64,000 nt of DNA, taken from the NCBI GenBank assembly GCA_965219575.1, contig OZ244779.1, positions 1,452,769 through 1,516,768 on the forward strand, given 5' to 3'. Made by a program: the position numbers and the translations under genes. The notes beneath the pieces are model-generated. The model saw nothing but the letters and a program-made list of their open reading frames with translations, was not told the DNA's origin and did not search any database. Of the stretch, positions 50,604-60,323 are shown piece after piece (within the stretch, counting starts at the first letter, position 1; each line of letters begins with the position of its first letter). The DNA comes from Candidatus Oxydemutatoraceae bacterium (GTDB taxonomy: Bacteria; Pseudomonadota; Gammaproteobacteria; Poriferisulfidales; Oxydemutatoraceae).

Positions 50604-53151
50604 CATAAAACCTTACGATGCCGATAAATTAGAAAGTGAAGCTCAGGAATTTTGGCATGAAAATAACTGCTTCAATGTAGCAGCGGACCCTAAACGAGAA
50701 AAATTTTACTGTTTGGCAATGTTTCCGTATCCGAGCGGACGCTTGCATATGGGGCATATCAGAAATTACACCATCGCCGATGCAATCAGTCGCCACCAAC
50801 GCATGCTCGGCAAGAATGTTTTGCAACCTATGGGATGGGATGCATTCGGTCTACCCGCCGAAAACGCTGCTCGACAAAGCGGCACCTCACCGGCCGAATG
50901 GACACACGATAATATCACCCGTATGCGCTCACAATTAAAGCGATTGGGTCTGGCGTACGATTGGAACAGAGAATTGGCAACTTGCGATCCCGGTTATTAC
51001 CGCTGGGAACAATGGTTTTTTACCAAACTTTTGGAAAAAGGAATTGCATATCGCAAAGAGGGTTGGGTGAATTGGGATCCCGTAGATCAAACGGTGCTGG
51101 CCAACGAGCAGGTCGTAGACGGCAAAGGCTGGCGGTCGGGTACTCCGATAGAGCGAAAAAAAATCTCTCAGTGGTATTTAAGAATAGAAGATTATGCCGA
51201 AGAACTATTGGCGGGATTGGATGAATTGGATGGCTGGCCCGAGCAAGTCAAACAAATGCAACGTAATTGGATCGGTCGTTCGCGTGGCATCAATATCCGT
51301 TTTGATCTGAGCGATAACTTCGGACATCTGGATGTCTTTACAACCCGACCCGATACCCTAATGGGGGCAAGCTATCTGGCTATTGCTGCCGAACATCCGC
51401 TTTTGCTACTGGCAACGGCCAATCGTTCCGAGCTCGACGAACTGATTGCCGAATGCAAGCGTAGACCTACGGCGGAGGCAAGTACTATGACTTACGAGAA
51501 AAAAGGTGTCGATACGGGTTTGCGCGCCGATCATCCGATTAGCGGAGAATCTCTCCCGATTTGGTGTGCTAATTTTGTTTTAATGGAATACGGTTCCGGG
51601 GCCATTATGTCGGTACCGGCACACGATCAGCGAGATTGGGAGTTTGCCCAAAAGTATGGATTGCCGATAAAAAAAGTCATCGAAGCTAGCGGCGATGACT
51701 CTACTTCGGAATCGCAATATCGAGCCTTTACCGATTACGGCATCGTATGCAATTCCGGAAAATACGACGGCATGAATTATCGGCAAGCCTTCGAGGCGAT
51801 ATTGAAAGATTTGCAGGCGATGGATAAAGGAGAGGAAACCGTGCAATACCGCTTGAAGGATTGGTGCGTATCGCGACAAAGATATTGGGGAGTACCCATA
51901 CCCGTCGAATATATAAGCGACGAACTCCAAGCGACCGACGGCGAGGAACTACCGGTTTTATTACCGTCGGCAATCTCGGAAGGCGACGACTCGTTGACCG
52001 AGACCGTTAAATACTTCAAAAATGATTTTGCATTAGACCCTGAGGCATCGGCCTCGGAATTACTTCGGGAACAAGCATTCGAGAGTATATTACCGCTATC
52101 TCAAAGACCGGAGTTTTATCGATTGAACAATACCTATAGCAAGCGTGAGACCGATACTTTCGATACTTTCGTAGAATCCAGTTGGTATTATGCTCGTTTT
52201 GCATGTCCCGATTGCGACGATGCAATGCTCACCGAAGAAGCAGCTTACTGGCTACCGGTAGACCAATATGTAGGGGGTATAGAACATGCGATATTGCACT
52301 TGCTTTATGCCCGTTTTTTTCATCGTTTGATGAGAGATCTAGGGTTATTGCAAAACATTTCCGACGACCGTAAAAACGAACCGTTCAAACGCTTATTGAC
52401 GCAAGGTATGGTGCTTAAAGACGGGGTTAAAATGTCCAAATCCAAAGGCAATATCGTAGATCCCGACCGACTGATTGAAAAGTACGGTGCCGATACCGTA
52501 CGTTTATTTATTATGTTTGCCGCACCGCCTACCCAGTCTTTGGAATGGTCCGATTCCGGGGTGGAGGGCGCGCACCGCTTTTTGAAGCGTCTGTGGAAGC
52601 AGATTAATACACACATACAAACCGAGCCGCTCGCGGAAGCCGCCGTCAACGATGCCGAATTGAATAAAATACAACATCTAATCCATAAAACAATCGCTAA
52701 GGTGAGCGACGACTACGATAGACGTCAATCTTTTAATACCGCAATCGCCGCAAACATGGAATTGAGCAATGCACTATCGAAGTTCGACGATCGATCGTCG
52801 CAAGCGTATCGCCTAAAACGCGAAGCATTCGAGGCGATTATCAAAATGTTATCCCCGATTACACCGCATATTATGCATCATTTATGGCAACGCCTAGGGC
52901 ACGACACACCCCTGATAGATTGTCGGTGGCCCGATTATAAAAAGGAATTATTACAGACCGATAGATGCGAAGTGGTAGTACAAATCAACGGTAAATTAAG
53001 AGCAAAATTAAATGTTGCGCGCGACAGCAACGAGGCAACCGTAAAAGCATTGGCACTATCCGACGCTAAAATTAAAAAATATTTGAACGGGATGGCAACA
53101 TCCAAAATTATTTATGTCAAGGATAAGATTATTAACTTTGTTTGCCGCTGA
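50596..53151 (+). CDS. leuS: Leucine--tRNA ligase
   Basis: MFPYPSG.LHMGH, TTRPDT, KMSKS. The ATG at 50596 overlaps the end of manC. Confidence 0.97.
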   Translation: MSDIKPYDADKLESEAQEFWHENNCFNVAADPKREKFYCLAMFPYPSGRLHMGHIRNYTIADAISRHQRMLGKNVLQPMGWDAFGLPAENAARQSGTSPAEWTHDNITRMRSQLKRLGLAYDWNRELATCDPGYYRWEQWFFTKLLEKGIAYRKEGWVNWDPVDQTVLANEQVVDGKGWRSGTPIERKKISQWYLRIEDYAEELLAGLDELDGWPEQVKQMQRNWIGRSRGINIRFDLSDNFGHLDVFTTRPDTLMGASYLAIAAEHPLLLLATANRSELDELIAECKRRPTAEASTMTYEKKGVDTGLRADHPISGESLPIWCANFVLMEYGSGAIMSVPAHDQRDWEFAQKYGLPIKKVIEASGDDSTSESQYRAFTDYGIVCNSGKYDGMNYRQAFEAILKDLQAMDKGEETVQYRLKDWCVSRQRYWGVPIPVEYISDELQATDGEELPVLLPSAISEGDDSLTETVKYFKNDFALDPEASASELLREQAFESILPLSQRPEFYRLNNTYSKRETDTFDTFVESSWYYARFACPDCDDAMLTEEAAYWLPVDQYVGGIEHAILHLLYARFFHRLMRDLGLLQNISDDRKNEPFKRLLTQGMVLKDGVKMSKSKGNIVDPDRLIEKYGADTVRLFIMFAAPPTQSLEWSDSGVEGAHRFLKRLWKQINTHIQTEPLAEAAVNDAELNKIQHLIHKTIAKVSDDYDRRQSFNTAIAANMELSNALSKFDDRSSQAYRLKREAFEAIIKMLSPITPHIMHHLWQRLGHDTPLIDCRWPDYKKELLQTDRCEVVVQINGKLRAKLNVARDSNEATVKALALSDAKIKKYLNGMATSKIIYVKDKIINFVCR

Positions 53152-53680
53152 CGAATACCGTATTCGCTTTGCCGTAACGGTATTTTCGGTGGCGATTATA
53201 ACTACGCTTATTACGAGTTGCGGTTATCGTTTAAGCGGTAGCGACAACGGAACGCAGTTATTTTCTCCGCTATTAAAAAATATCTCGATAGAAGGCGCAC
53301 CCAGATACGATGCGTTTAGGATGCAACTGAAGCGTGATTTACTCGGATATAGAATGAAAGTCGTAGCCCCCCGATCGGCGACAGCCGGCATCATCATAAG
53401 AAACAAAGAAGTTAAACGGCATGCGATTACCCTAGGCGACGATGCAAAAGTTCGCGAATACCTTGTGATAGCTCGGGTTGATTTTCAAGTCGTTGTCAAT
53501 GCCGATAAATCAAAACAAGAATACGCGATGCAGTCCGTACAATCCGAGACCAGCTATGCTTATTACCCGCAATATGTATCTATTAGTTCAAACGAAAAAA
53601 AGCGGGCTTTGACTTTTATAAATCAAGATCTGAGTTCTAAATTGATTGCCCGACTTCGCGTGCTGACTAAAAACGATTAA
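53114..53680 (+). CDS. lptE: LPS assembly lipoprotein LptE (start uncertain)
   Basis: Lipobox LITSC-GYRL; directly follows leuS. Confidence 0.75.
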   Translation: MSRIRLLTLFAADEYRIRFAVTVFSVAIITTLITSCGYRLSGSDNGTQLFSPLLKNISIEGAPRYDAFRMQLKRDLLGYRMKVVAPRSATAGIIIRNKEVKRHAITLGDDAKVREYLVIARVDFQVVVNADKSKQEYAMQSVQSETSYAYYPQYVSISSNEKKRALTFINQDLSSKLIARLRVLTKND

Positions 53681-53706
53681 TGAATCGCAATGTGACCGAT
53701 ATGTTG

Positions 53707-53817
53707 GCACGATTTATACATTCATCCATCCAATTTATGGAAACCATTATTTGTTGGCGCAAGCGGTTACAGTTGCATGCTGACAATACTTTTTCAACAG
53801 CCCTACGGTGGGTAAAC
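53707..53817. repeat. Composite repeat remnant H (core and right terminus)
   Basis: GCACGATTTATACATTCATCCATCCAATTTATGGAAACC...GGCGCAAGCGGTT...ACTTTTTCAACAGCCC. Confidence 0.8.
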
Positions 53818-53880
53818 ACATTAGAAAAATCTCTTATGCTATTATTATACGCCGTATCAATAACACATAGATAAATTTCA

Positions 53881-54768
53881 ATGGCAAAGAAAATACGCAA
53901 AGCAATATTCCCGGTGGCCGGCTTAGGTACTCGTTTTATACCCGCCACCAAAGTAAGCCCTAAAGAAATGCTGCCTATCGTCGATAAGCCACTTATCCAA
54001 TACGCGGTCGAAGATGCCGTGCAAGCAGGCATCACCAGCCTTATTTTTATAAACGGGAGAAACAAACGTGCAATAGAAGATCATTTTGACAGTGCGCCGG
54101 AACTCGAGCAACTCTTACTAAACAAGAGAAAACATCAATTGCTGAAGCAAATTCACGAGATTATTCCCCCTAACACCAACTGCATAAACCTTAGGCAAAA
54201 AGAACCTAGCGGCTTGGGGAGTGCAATATTCTGTGCAAGGGCTATAGCCGAAAAGGAGCCCTTTGCCATAGTGCTGGCAGACGATCTGATTATCAACGGT
54301 GCCAACAATTCAATCATGCAAATGATCGAGTATCACAAGGGCTACTCCGGAAATTTGGTTATGGTCGAAGAGGTGGCGCACGATCAGGTTGGTAATTACG
54401 GTATCATAAAAGGGAAACAAGTCGAAGAGGGTGTCTGGGAAGTCGATCGTATTATAGAAAAACCTAAGCCGCAAGACGCACCGAGTAATCTAGGCGTTAT
54501 AGGTCGCTACATATTAAATCCCACTATTTTCAAGTATATAAGGCAAACACCTATGGGCTTTGGTAAGGAGATACAATTAACCGACGCCCTTGCGCTGCAA
54601 ATGCAACACGAACCCTTGCACGCCATCCTATGCAAAGGAAAACGCTACGATTGCGGTAGCAAATTGGGCTATTTGCAAGCCAATGTGGACTTGGCATTAA
54701 AACATAAAGAAATTAAGGAAAATTTTAGGGCTTATCTAAAGTCTTTGGTAGAATCCGAAGATTTCTGA
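53881..54768 (+). CDS. galU: UTP--glucose-1-phosphate uridylyltransferase
   Basis: KAIFPVAGLGTRF, KEMLPIVDKP, EIQLTDA. Confidence 0.95.
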   Translation: MAKKIRKAIFPVAGLGTRFIPATKVSPKEMLPIVDKPLIQYAVEDAVQAGITSLIFINGRNKRAIEDHFDSAPELEQLLLNKRKHQLLKQIHEIIPPNTNCINLRQKEPSGLGSAIFCARAIAEKEPFAIVLADDLIINGANNSIMQMIEYHKGYSGNLVMVEEVAHDQVGNYGIIKGKQVEEGVWEVDRIIEKPKPQDAPSNLGVIGRYILNPTIFKYIRQTPMGFGKEIQLTDALALQMQHEPLHAILCKGKRYDCGSKLGYLQANVDLALKHKEIKENFRAYLKSLVESEDF

Positions 54769-54778
54769 ATAGAACTTT

Positions 54779-56647
54779 TTAATTTATATCGTCTCCGACA
54801 AATTGTTTTATGCTTTTTTCTATACCTTCAATATCCAATCCCGCTTCTGTCAACAATTCCCCGCGCGTCCCGTGATCCTGAAAATAGTCTGGTAATCCTA
54901 AAGTTAGTGTACGAATCTGAATTTTATTTAAGCTCAAAAATTCCAAAACCGCACTGCCGGCACCGCCCGAGCGAACATTGTCCTCCAGAGTGATTAAATA
55001 ACGATGAGATTTAGCAATTTCGGTTAACAAATCTTGATCCAACGGCTTGACAAATCGCATATCGATAAGCGTTGCGTTTAATTTATCGGTGAGTTCAATC
55101 GCCGTGCTAGTCGGGCTTCCGAAACCGAGTATGGCAATGTTTTTTCCTCGTTTGATAATTTCCGCTTTCGCAATAGGCAGCGGTTGTAAAGAATCATCGG
55201 GTAAAACACCGCTACCGATGCCGCGAGGATATCTCACTGCCGATGGTCCGTTGTGGTGATACGCGGTATTGAGTAGGGCGCGTGTCGTTTTTTCGTTGCT
55301 CGGTGTCATAATCACGGTATTCGGAATACAACGTAAAAAGCTCAGATCAAAACTGCCGGCGTGTGTTTGACCGTCGGGACCGACGACACCGGCACGGTCT
55401 ATTGCCAACATAACCGGTAGATTTTGTATCGCGATATCGTGTATAAATTGGTCGTAGGCGCGTTGCAGGAAAGTAGAATAAATGGCAACGACCGGTTTCA
55501 TTCCCTCGCAAGCCAAGCCTGCGGCTAAGGTGAGCGCATGTTGTTCGGCTATACCGACATCAAAATAACGTTCGGGAAAGCACTGTTGAAATTCAACCAA
55601 GCCCGACCCTTCTCGCATCGCCGGTGTGATCGCTACGAGGCGCGTGTCTTGTGCCGCCATATCGCAGATCCATCGGCTGAATATCTGCGTATAACTCAGT
55701 GCTCGAGCTTTGTTATTTTTTTGCAATCCTATATCCGGGTCAAAAGGAGAAACCGCATGGTATGCCACCGGCTTTTGTTCGGCGCGTTTATAGCCTTTGC
55801 CTTTGCGAGTTACGATATGAAGCAGGCGAGGGGAGTCTTTTTTCTTGATATTGCTTAATGTTTGTACCAATTGCTTTACATTATGCCCGTCTATAGGACC
55901 GTAATAGCTAATACCCAACTCTTCGAAGAAAGAACCCGGCACTATCATACCTTTGATATGTCCTTTGGTGTTTTTAGCTAATTTTTGTACGGTCGGCATC
56001 GGTTCGAGTAACTTTTTACCACTTTGTTTTATGTTCAAATAAAGCGGACTCGATATTATTCTGGTCAGATAATTGCTGAGGGCACCGACATTGTGCGATA
56101 TCGACATATCGTTGTCGTTCAGGATTATTAGTACATCCGAACCTAGAGAGCCGATATGGTTCATTGCTTCATAAGCCATCCCGGCAGTCATGCCACCGTC
56201 TCCGATAATAGCGACTATTTTGTTCTTTTTGCCGAGTAATTTTTGAGCGACTGCCATACCTATCGCAGCACCTATAGAGGTACTAGAGTGTCCGACACCG
56301 AAGCTATCGTAACGGCTCTCCGAACGTTTGGGAAAGGGGGCTAAACCGTTGCGGATTCTGATTTTATCGATTTGATCGCGCCGTTCGCACAATATCTTAT
56401 GCGGGTAGCATTGATGACCTACATCCCACACCAATAAATCGTCCGGTGTGTCGAAAACATAATGTAATGCAACGGTTAGCTCTATCACGCCTAAACCGGC
56501 GGCAAAATGCCCACCGCAGTTGGCAACGGTATCTATAAGAAAAGCTCTTAACTCTTCGCATACTCGATCCAATTGCTCCATAGATAGCAATCTCAAGTCT
56601 GCAGGTACCGTGATTTGGTCCAGTAAAAGTCTTTTAGATGTAGGCAT
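54779..56647 (-). CDS. dxs: 1-deoxy-D-xylulose-5-phosphate synthase
   Basis: WDVGHQ, GHSSTSI, GDGG, GIAEQH, DRAG. Confidence 0.97.
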   Translation of the reverse strand: MPTSKRLLLDQITVPADLRLLSMEQLDRVCEELRAFLIDTVANCGGHFAAGLGVIELTVALHYVFDTPDDLLVWDVGHQCYPHKILCERRDQIDKIRIRNGLAPFPKRSESRYDSFGVGHSSTSIGAAIGMAVAQKLLGKKNKIVAIIGDGGMTAGMAYEAMNHIGSLGSDVLIILNDNDMSISHNVGALSNYLTRIISSPLYLNIKQSGKKLLEPMPTVQKLAKNTKGHIKGMIVPGSFFEELGISYYGPIDGHNVKQLVQTLSNIKKKDSPRLLHIVTRKGKGYKRAEQKPVAYHAVSPFDPDIGLQKNNKARALSYTQIFSRWICDMAAQDTRLVAITPAMREGSGLVEFQQCFPERYFDVGIAEQHALTLAAGLACEGMKPVVAIYSTFLQRAYDQFIHDIAIQNLPVMLAIDRAGVVGPDGQTHAGSFDLSFLRCIPNTVIMTPSNEKTTRALLNTAYHHNGPSAVRYPRGIGSGVLPDDSLQPLPIAKAEIIKRGKNIAILGFGSPTSTAIELTDKLNATLIDMRFVKPLDQDLLTEIAKSHRYLITLEDNVRSGGAGSAVLEFLSLNKIQIRTLTLGLPDYFQDHGTRGELLTEAGLDIEGIEKSIKQFVGDDIN

Positions 56648-56650
56648 TTA

Positions 56651-57541
56651 TTATATGTTTCTGGCCGTAATATAGTGTGCAAGCGATCGCAGTGCATCGG
56701 CTTTCTCATCGATACAGTCCAGATAACATAAACAACGAGCGGAGAGTTCGGTTAATAATTTTTGAGTTTCCGTCATACCTATGATAGAGGGATAATCGAT
56801 TTCGCCGTTGGAATAGTCCTTGTGTTGTGTCTGCTCTTGGGCATCTAAAATGTCGTCTCGTATCTGAAAGCACAAGCCGATATCGGATGCAAAAGCTGCC
56901 AGCGAGCGACACATAGAATCGGGATAATTATCTTTGCATGCCAGAGGTATCGTGATGCAAGCACTCATCAAGCTACCGGTTTTTAATCTGTGCGTCTTCT
57001 CCAGATAAACTACATCAACCGCGTTGTCCATACCTTTGATATCCATCGCTTGTCCGCTTGCCATCCCGGCCAAACCTGCCGCCGATGCCAGCATGCGAAT
57101 AGCTTTGAGTTTGTCGGCATCGGAAAGCCGTTCGGCATCGGTCAAACATTCAAAAGCGAGTGCTTGCATCGCATTACCTGCGAGTATCGCCTCGGCCTCT
57201 CCGAAGGCTTTGTGACAAGCAGGCTTACCTCGCCGCATATCGTCGTCGTCCATAGCCGGTAAATCGTCGTGGGTAAGGGAGTAACAGTGAATCAATTCTA
57301 TCGCACAGGCAATCGGATCTACCAGATCGAATTCAAGATCCAGGGCAAGTGCCGTTGCATACACCAATCCCGGTCGTACGCGTTTGCCGTCCGCTAAACT
57401 TGCATAGTGAATTACATCTACTAACGGCTTATCTCGATATACGGCAGTGGTATTTTGTATTTCACGGATTACACGCGCAGCGCACTGTTCTAAAAATGTT
57501 TCGGCAGAACGTTCAGTTTCCCGAGTTATCGTTTTCGTCAA
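56651..57541 (-). CDS. ispA: Farnesyl-diphosphate synthase (start uncertain)
   Basis: GKRVRP, HDDLPAMDDDDMRRG, FQIRDDILD; xseB-ispA-dxs context. Confidence 0.9.
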   Translation of the reverse strand: MTKTITRETERSAETFLEQCAARVIREIQNTTAVYRDKPLVDVIHYASLADGKRVRPGLVYATALALDLEFDLVDPIACAIELIHCYSLTHDDLPAMDDDDMRRGKPACHKAFGEAEAILAGNAMQALAFECLTDAERLSDADKLKAIRMLASAAGLAGMASGQAMDIKGMDNAVDVVYLEKTHRLKTGSLMSACITIPLACKDNYPDSMCRSLAAFASDIGLCFQIRDDILDAQEQTQHKDYSNGEIDYPSIIGMTETQKLLTELSARCLCYLDCIDEKADALRSLAHYITARNI

Positions 57542-57770
57542 AATTCTTTAGCCTTTCTTCGGATTGTTCTTTCATTAGCAAACTCACTCGTAGTTCTGCT
57601 TCGTCCAGTGCTTTGCGACATTGTTCAACCAGCTTCATGCCTTCCTCGAAGCGATCCAGCATTTTCTCCAATGGTTGCCCACCTTCTTCCATCTGCCGAA
57701 TAATATCTTCCAATTTCGACAGTGTGTCTTCAAAATTCAACTTTTTAGTCTGTGTGCTACTTTTTTTCAT
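57513..57770 (-). CDS. xseB: Exodeoxyribonuclease VII small subunit
   Basis: FEDTLSKLEDII..FEEGMKL..C..L..AELRV. Confidence 0.92.
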   Translation of the reverse strand: MKKSSTQTKKLNFEDTLSKLEDIIRQMEEGGQPLEKMLDRFEEGMKLVEQCRKALDEAELRVSLLMKEQSEERLKNFDENDNSGN

Positions 57771-57800
57771 GATAGAATTGTTAAAATAATATAAATAATC

Positions 57801-57815
57801 GCATAATCATTATAT
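57801..57815. promoter_or_regulatory. Possible Fur/PerR-type operator upstream of rubrerythrin
   Basis: Palindromic ATAAT-C-ATTAT core in an AT-rich divergent promoter region. Confidence 0.3.
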
Positions 57816-57884
57816 TGTAATTTAGTTAATGGATTTATATTATATTCGTATTGATTTTTAGATTAAACTCAACCAGGAGAAATT

Positions 57885-58304
57885 ATGAACTTAAAAGGCA
57901 GCCAAACAGAGGAAAACCTTAAAGTAGCGTTTTCCGGTGAATCGCAAGCAAATAGACGTTATCTATATTTTGCCGCCAAAGCCGACGTTGAGGGTTATAA
58001 CGATGTGTCCGTAGTTTTTCGTTCTACCGCAGAAGGGGAGACCGGTCATGCACACGGTCATCTAGAATACTTGGAGGAGTGTGGTGACCCGGCAACCGGC
58101 GAACCTATAGGCGACACCTGTGCCAACCTAAAAGCAGCCATTGCAGGTGAAACACACGAATACACCGATATGTACCCGGGTATGGCTAAGACGGCACGCG
58201 ACGAAGGTTTTGACGAAATTGCAGATTGGTTTGAAACCTTAGCTAAAGCGGAACGCTCGCATGCAAATCGTTTTCAAAAAGCCTTAGACACGCTGGATAA
58301 TTAA
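57885..58304 (+). CDS. Short rubrerythrin without a rubredoxin domain
   Basis: [33 protein letters not shown]. Confidence 0.93.
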   Translation: MNLKGSQTEENLKVAFSGESQANRRYLYFAAKADVEGYNDVSVVFRSTAEGETGHAHGHLEYLEECGDPATGEPIGDTCANLKAAIAGETHEYTDMYPGMAKTARDEGFDEIADWFETLAKAERSHANRFQKALDTLDN

Positions 58305-58312
58305 TTCGTTAC

Positions 58313-58345
58313 AAGAGAACCAAGGACTCTTCTATTGGTTCTCTT
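58313..58345 (+). terminator. Hairpin downstream of rubrerythrin (terminator or stabiliser)
   Basis: AAGAGAACCAA / TTGGTTCTCTT 11-bp stem with a weak U tail. Confidence 0.45.
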
Positions 58346-58398
58346 ATCTTATATTCAACAAATCCTTATAATCCGGATTAGGGATTAAACTATTCTAT

Positions 58399-59727
58399 AT
58401 GAACAAAGAAAAAACTAATATCGAGGGCGGACTCGATACACCGACACGCCACCCTATAGATTGGCGTGGCAACGATTATTACGACGAAGGCAAACTCCAT
58501 AAAGAGATGGAGCGAGTATTCGATATATGTCATGGATGTCGACGGTGCGTTAATTTATGCAAAGCCTTTCCGACTTTGTTCGATTTAGTAGACGAATCTT
58601 CGACAATGGAAGTCGACGGTGTGGATAAAAACGACTACGGCAAAGTTGTAGACCATTGCTATCTATGCGATATGTGCTTCATGAGTAAATGCCCGTATGT
58701 GCCGCCGCACGAATGGAATATAGACTTCCCGCATCTTATGTTACGTGCCAAAGCAGTAAAATTCAAAAACGGAGAGATTGCCAAGCGCGACCGCCTACTC
58801 AGTTCCACCGATGCAATCGGCAAGTTTGCATCAATTCCGGTCATCAATCAAACCATAAATACGACGCTTACGAGTAAATTTGCCCGTAAGCGTATGGAAT
58901 CATTATTAGGGGTGGACTCCGAAGCTCACTTGCCACGATATCATAGTGATACCGCAGATAAACGTTTCGCAAAATCACAAAAAGCCTCGAATAAACAAAA
59001 TGCCGATAAAGTCGCATTGTTTATTACATGCTACGCTAATTACAACGATCCTAATCTCATTTCCGATATGATGGCAATATTCAAACATAACGGAATTGAA
59101 TGTACACCGATCAAGGCTACCGTATGTTGCGGTATGCCGAAACTCGAGATAGGAGACTTCAAGCAAGTTGCAGAACTAAAACAGAAAAATGTTGCACAAT
59201 TACTGCCGTATCTCGATGCCGGCTATAATTTTATCGCACCGATACCGTCGTGTAATTTAATGTTTAGAAAAGAACTGCCGTTGATGTTTCCCGAAGATCG
59301 AACACTTAAAAAATTACAGGAACACATTTTCGATCCTTGCGAATACTTGATGCTCAAACATAAACAAAATTCTTTCAATACCGAGTTTGAAACCGAACTA
59401 GGAAAGGTAATCTATCATGTCGCCTGCCATCAACGAGTACAAAATATCGGTGCTAAAACACGACAATTACTTGAATTAATGCCTATAAATCAACTAGAAG
59501 TCGTCGAACGTTGCTCGGGGCACGACGGCTTATACGGTGTGCGATCGGAAACCCGGGAAGCATCGATAAAAATTGCCTCGGCTGTAGCCAAGCGCGCGGA
59601 AAAAATGGAAGCCGATTATTTGGTGAGCGACTGCATATTGGCAGCTAACCATATAGCGGATATTGCAAACAAAGAAATCTCGGTGAGACATCCTTTTAGC
59701 CTGCTGAGAGAAGCCTACGGAGTATAA
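58399..59727 (+). CDS. Fe-S oxidoreductase with CCG domains (rubrerythrin-associated)
   Basis: CHGCRRCVNLC, CYLCDMC...CP, CCGMP, CSGHDG. Confidence 0.9.
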   Translation: MNKEKTNIEGGLDTPTRHPIDWRGNDYYDEGKLHKEMERVFDICHGCRRCVNLCKAFPTLFDLVDESSTMEVDGVDKNDYGKVVDHCYLCDMCFMSKCPYVPPHEWNIDFPHLMLRAKAVKFKNGEIAKRDRLLSSTDAIGKFASIPVINQTINTTLTSKFARKRMESLLGVDSEAHLPRYHSDTADKRFAKSQKASNKQNADKVALFITCYANYNDPNLISDMMAIFKHNGIECTPIKATVCCGMPKLEIGDFKQVAELKQKNVAQLLPYLDAGYNFIAPIPSCNLMFRKELPLMFPEDRTLKKLQEHIFDPCEYLMLKHKQNSFNTEFETELGKVIYHVACHQRVQNIGAKTRQLLELMPINQLEVVERCSGHDGLYGVRSETREASIKIASAVAKRAEKMEADYLVSDCILAANHIADIANKEISVRHPFSLLREAYGV

Positions 59728-59741
59728 GGAGAGTTTAGAGC

Positions 59742-60323
59742 ATGGAAAAGCTGAAGCATTCGGATTTATATACGCTGGAAGAGTACGATAGAAAACGTGC
59801 CGAGATTCGCGCACAAGTCATGCAATACAAAAAACCGCGTACCGTGCATGTAGGAGAACATCTGGGTTTATATTTCGAAGATCGCCGGACGATACACTAT
59901 CAAATACAAGAGATGCTACGAGCGGAAAAGATATTCTCTTTCGACGGTATAGCCGAAGAACTCGCTACTTATAATCCACTCATCCCGGACGGCAGTAACT
60001 GGAAAGCCACGATGATGATGGAGTATAAAGACCCCGAAGAACGAGCGGTGCGCCTGAGAGAACTCATCGGTATAGAACGCAGGCTTTATATAAAAATAGA
60101 CGATATGGCGAAAATCTATCCGATTGCAAACGAGGATTTAGATCGTGAAACTGCCGATAAAACCTCTGCGGTTCATTTCTTACGTTTTGAATTGACTGCC
60201 GAAATGGTAAAAGCGTTTAAGGCCGGCGCGGGTATTCTCTTTGCCGCCGAGCATCCGCATTACCGAGCAACGCTTACCGCCTCCTCCGAAACTCGTGCCT
60301 CGCTGGTCAATGACTTGGATTAG
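59742..60323 (+). CDS. DUF3501 family protein
   Basis: YQIQEMLRAE, YNPLIPDG, KTSAVHFLRF; context with rubrerythrin. Confidence 0.88.
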   Translation: MEKLKHSDLYTLEEYDRKRAEIRAQVMQYKKPRTVHVGEHLGLYFEDRRTIHYQIQEMLRAEKIFSFDGIAEELATYNPLIPDGSNWKATMMMEYKDPEERAVRLRELIGIERRLYIKIDDMAKIYPIANEDLDRETADKTSAVHFLRFELTAEMVKAFKAGAGILFAAEHPHYRATLTASSETRASLVNDLD

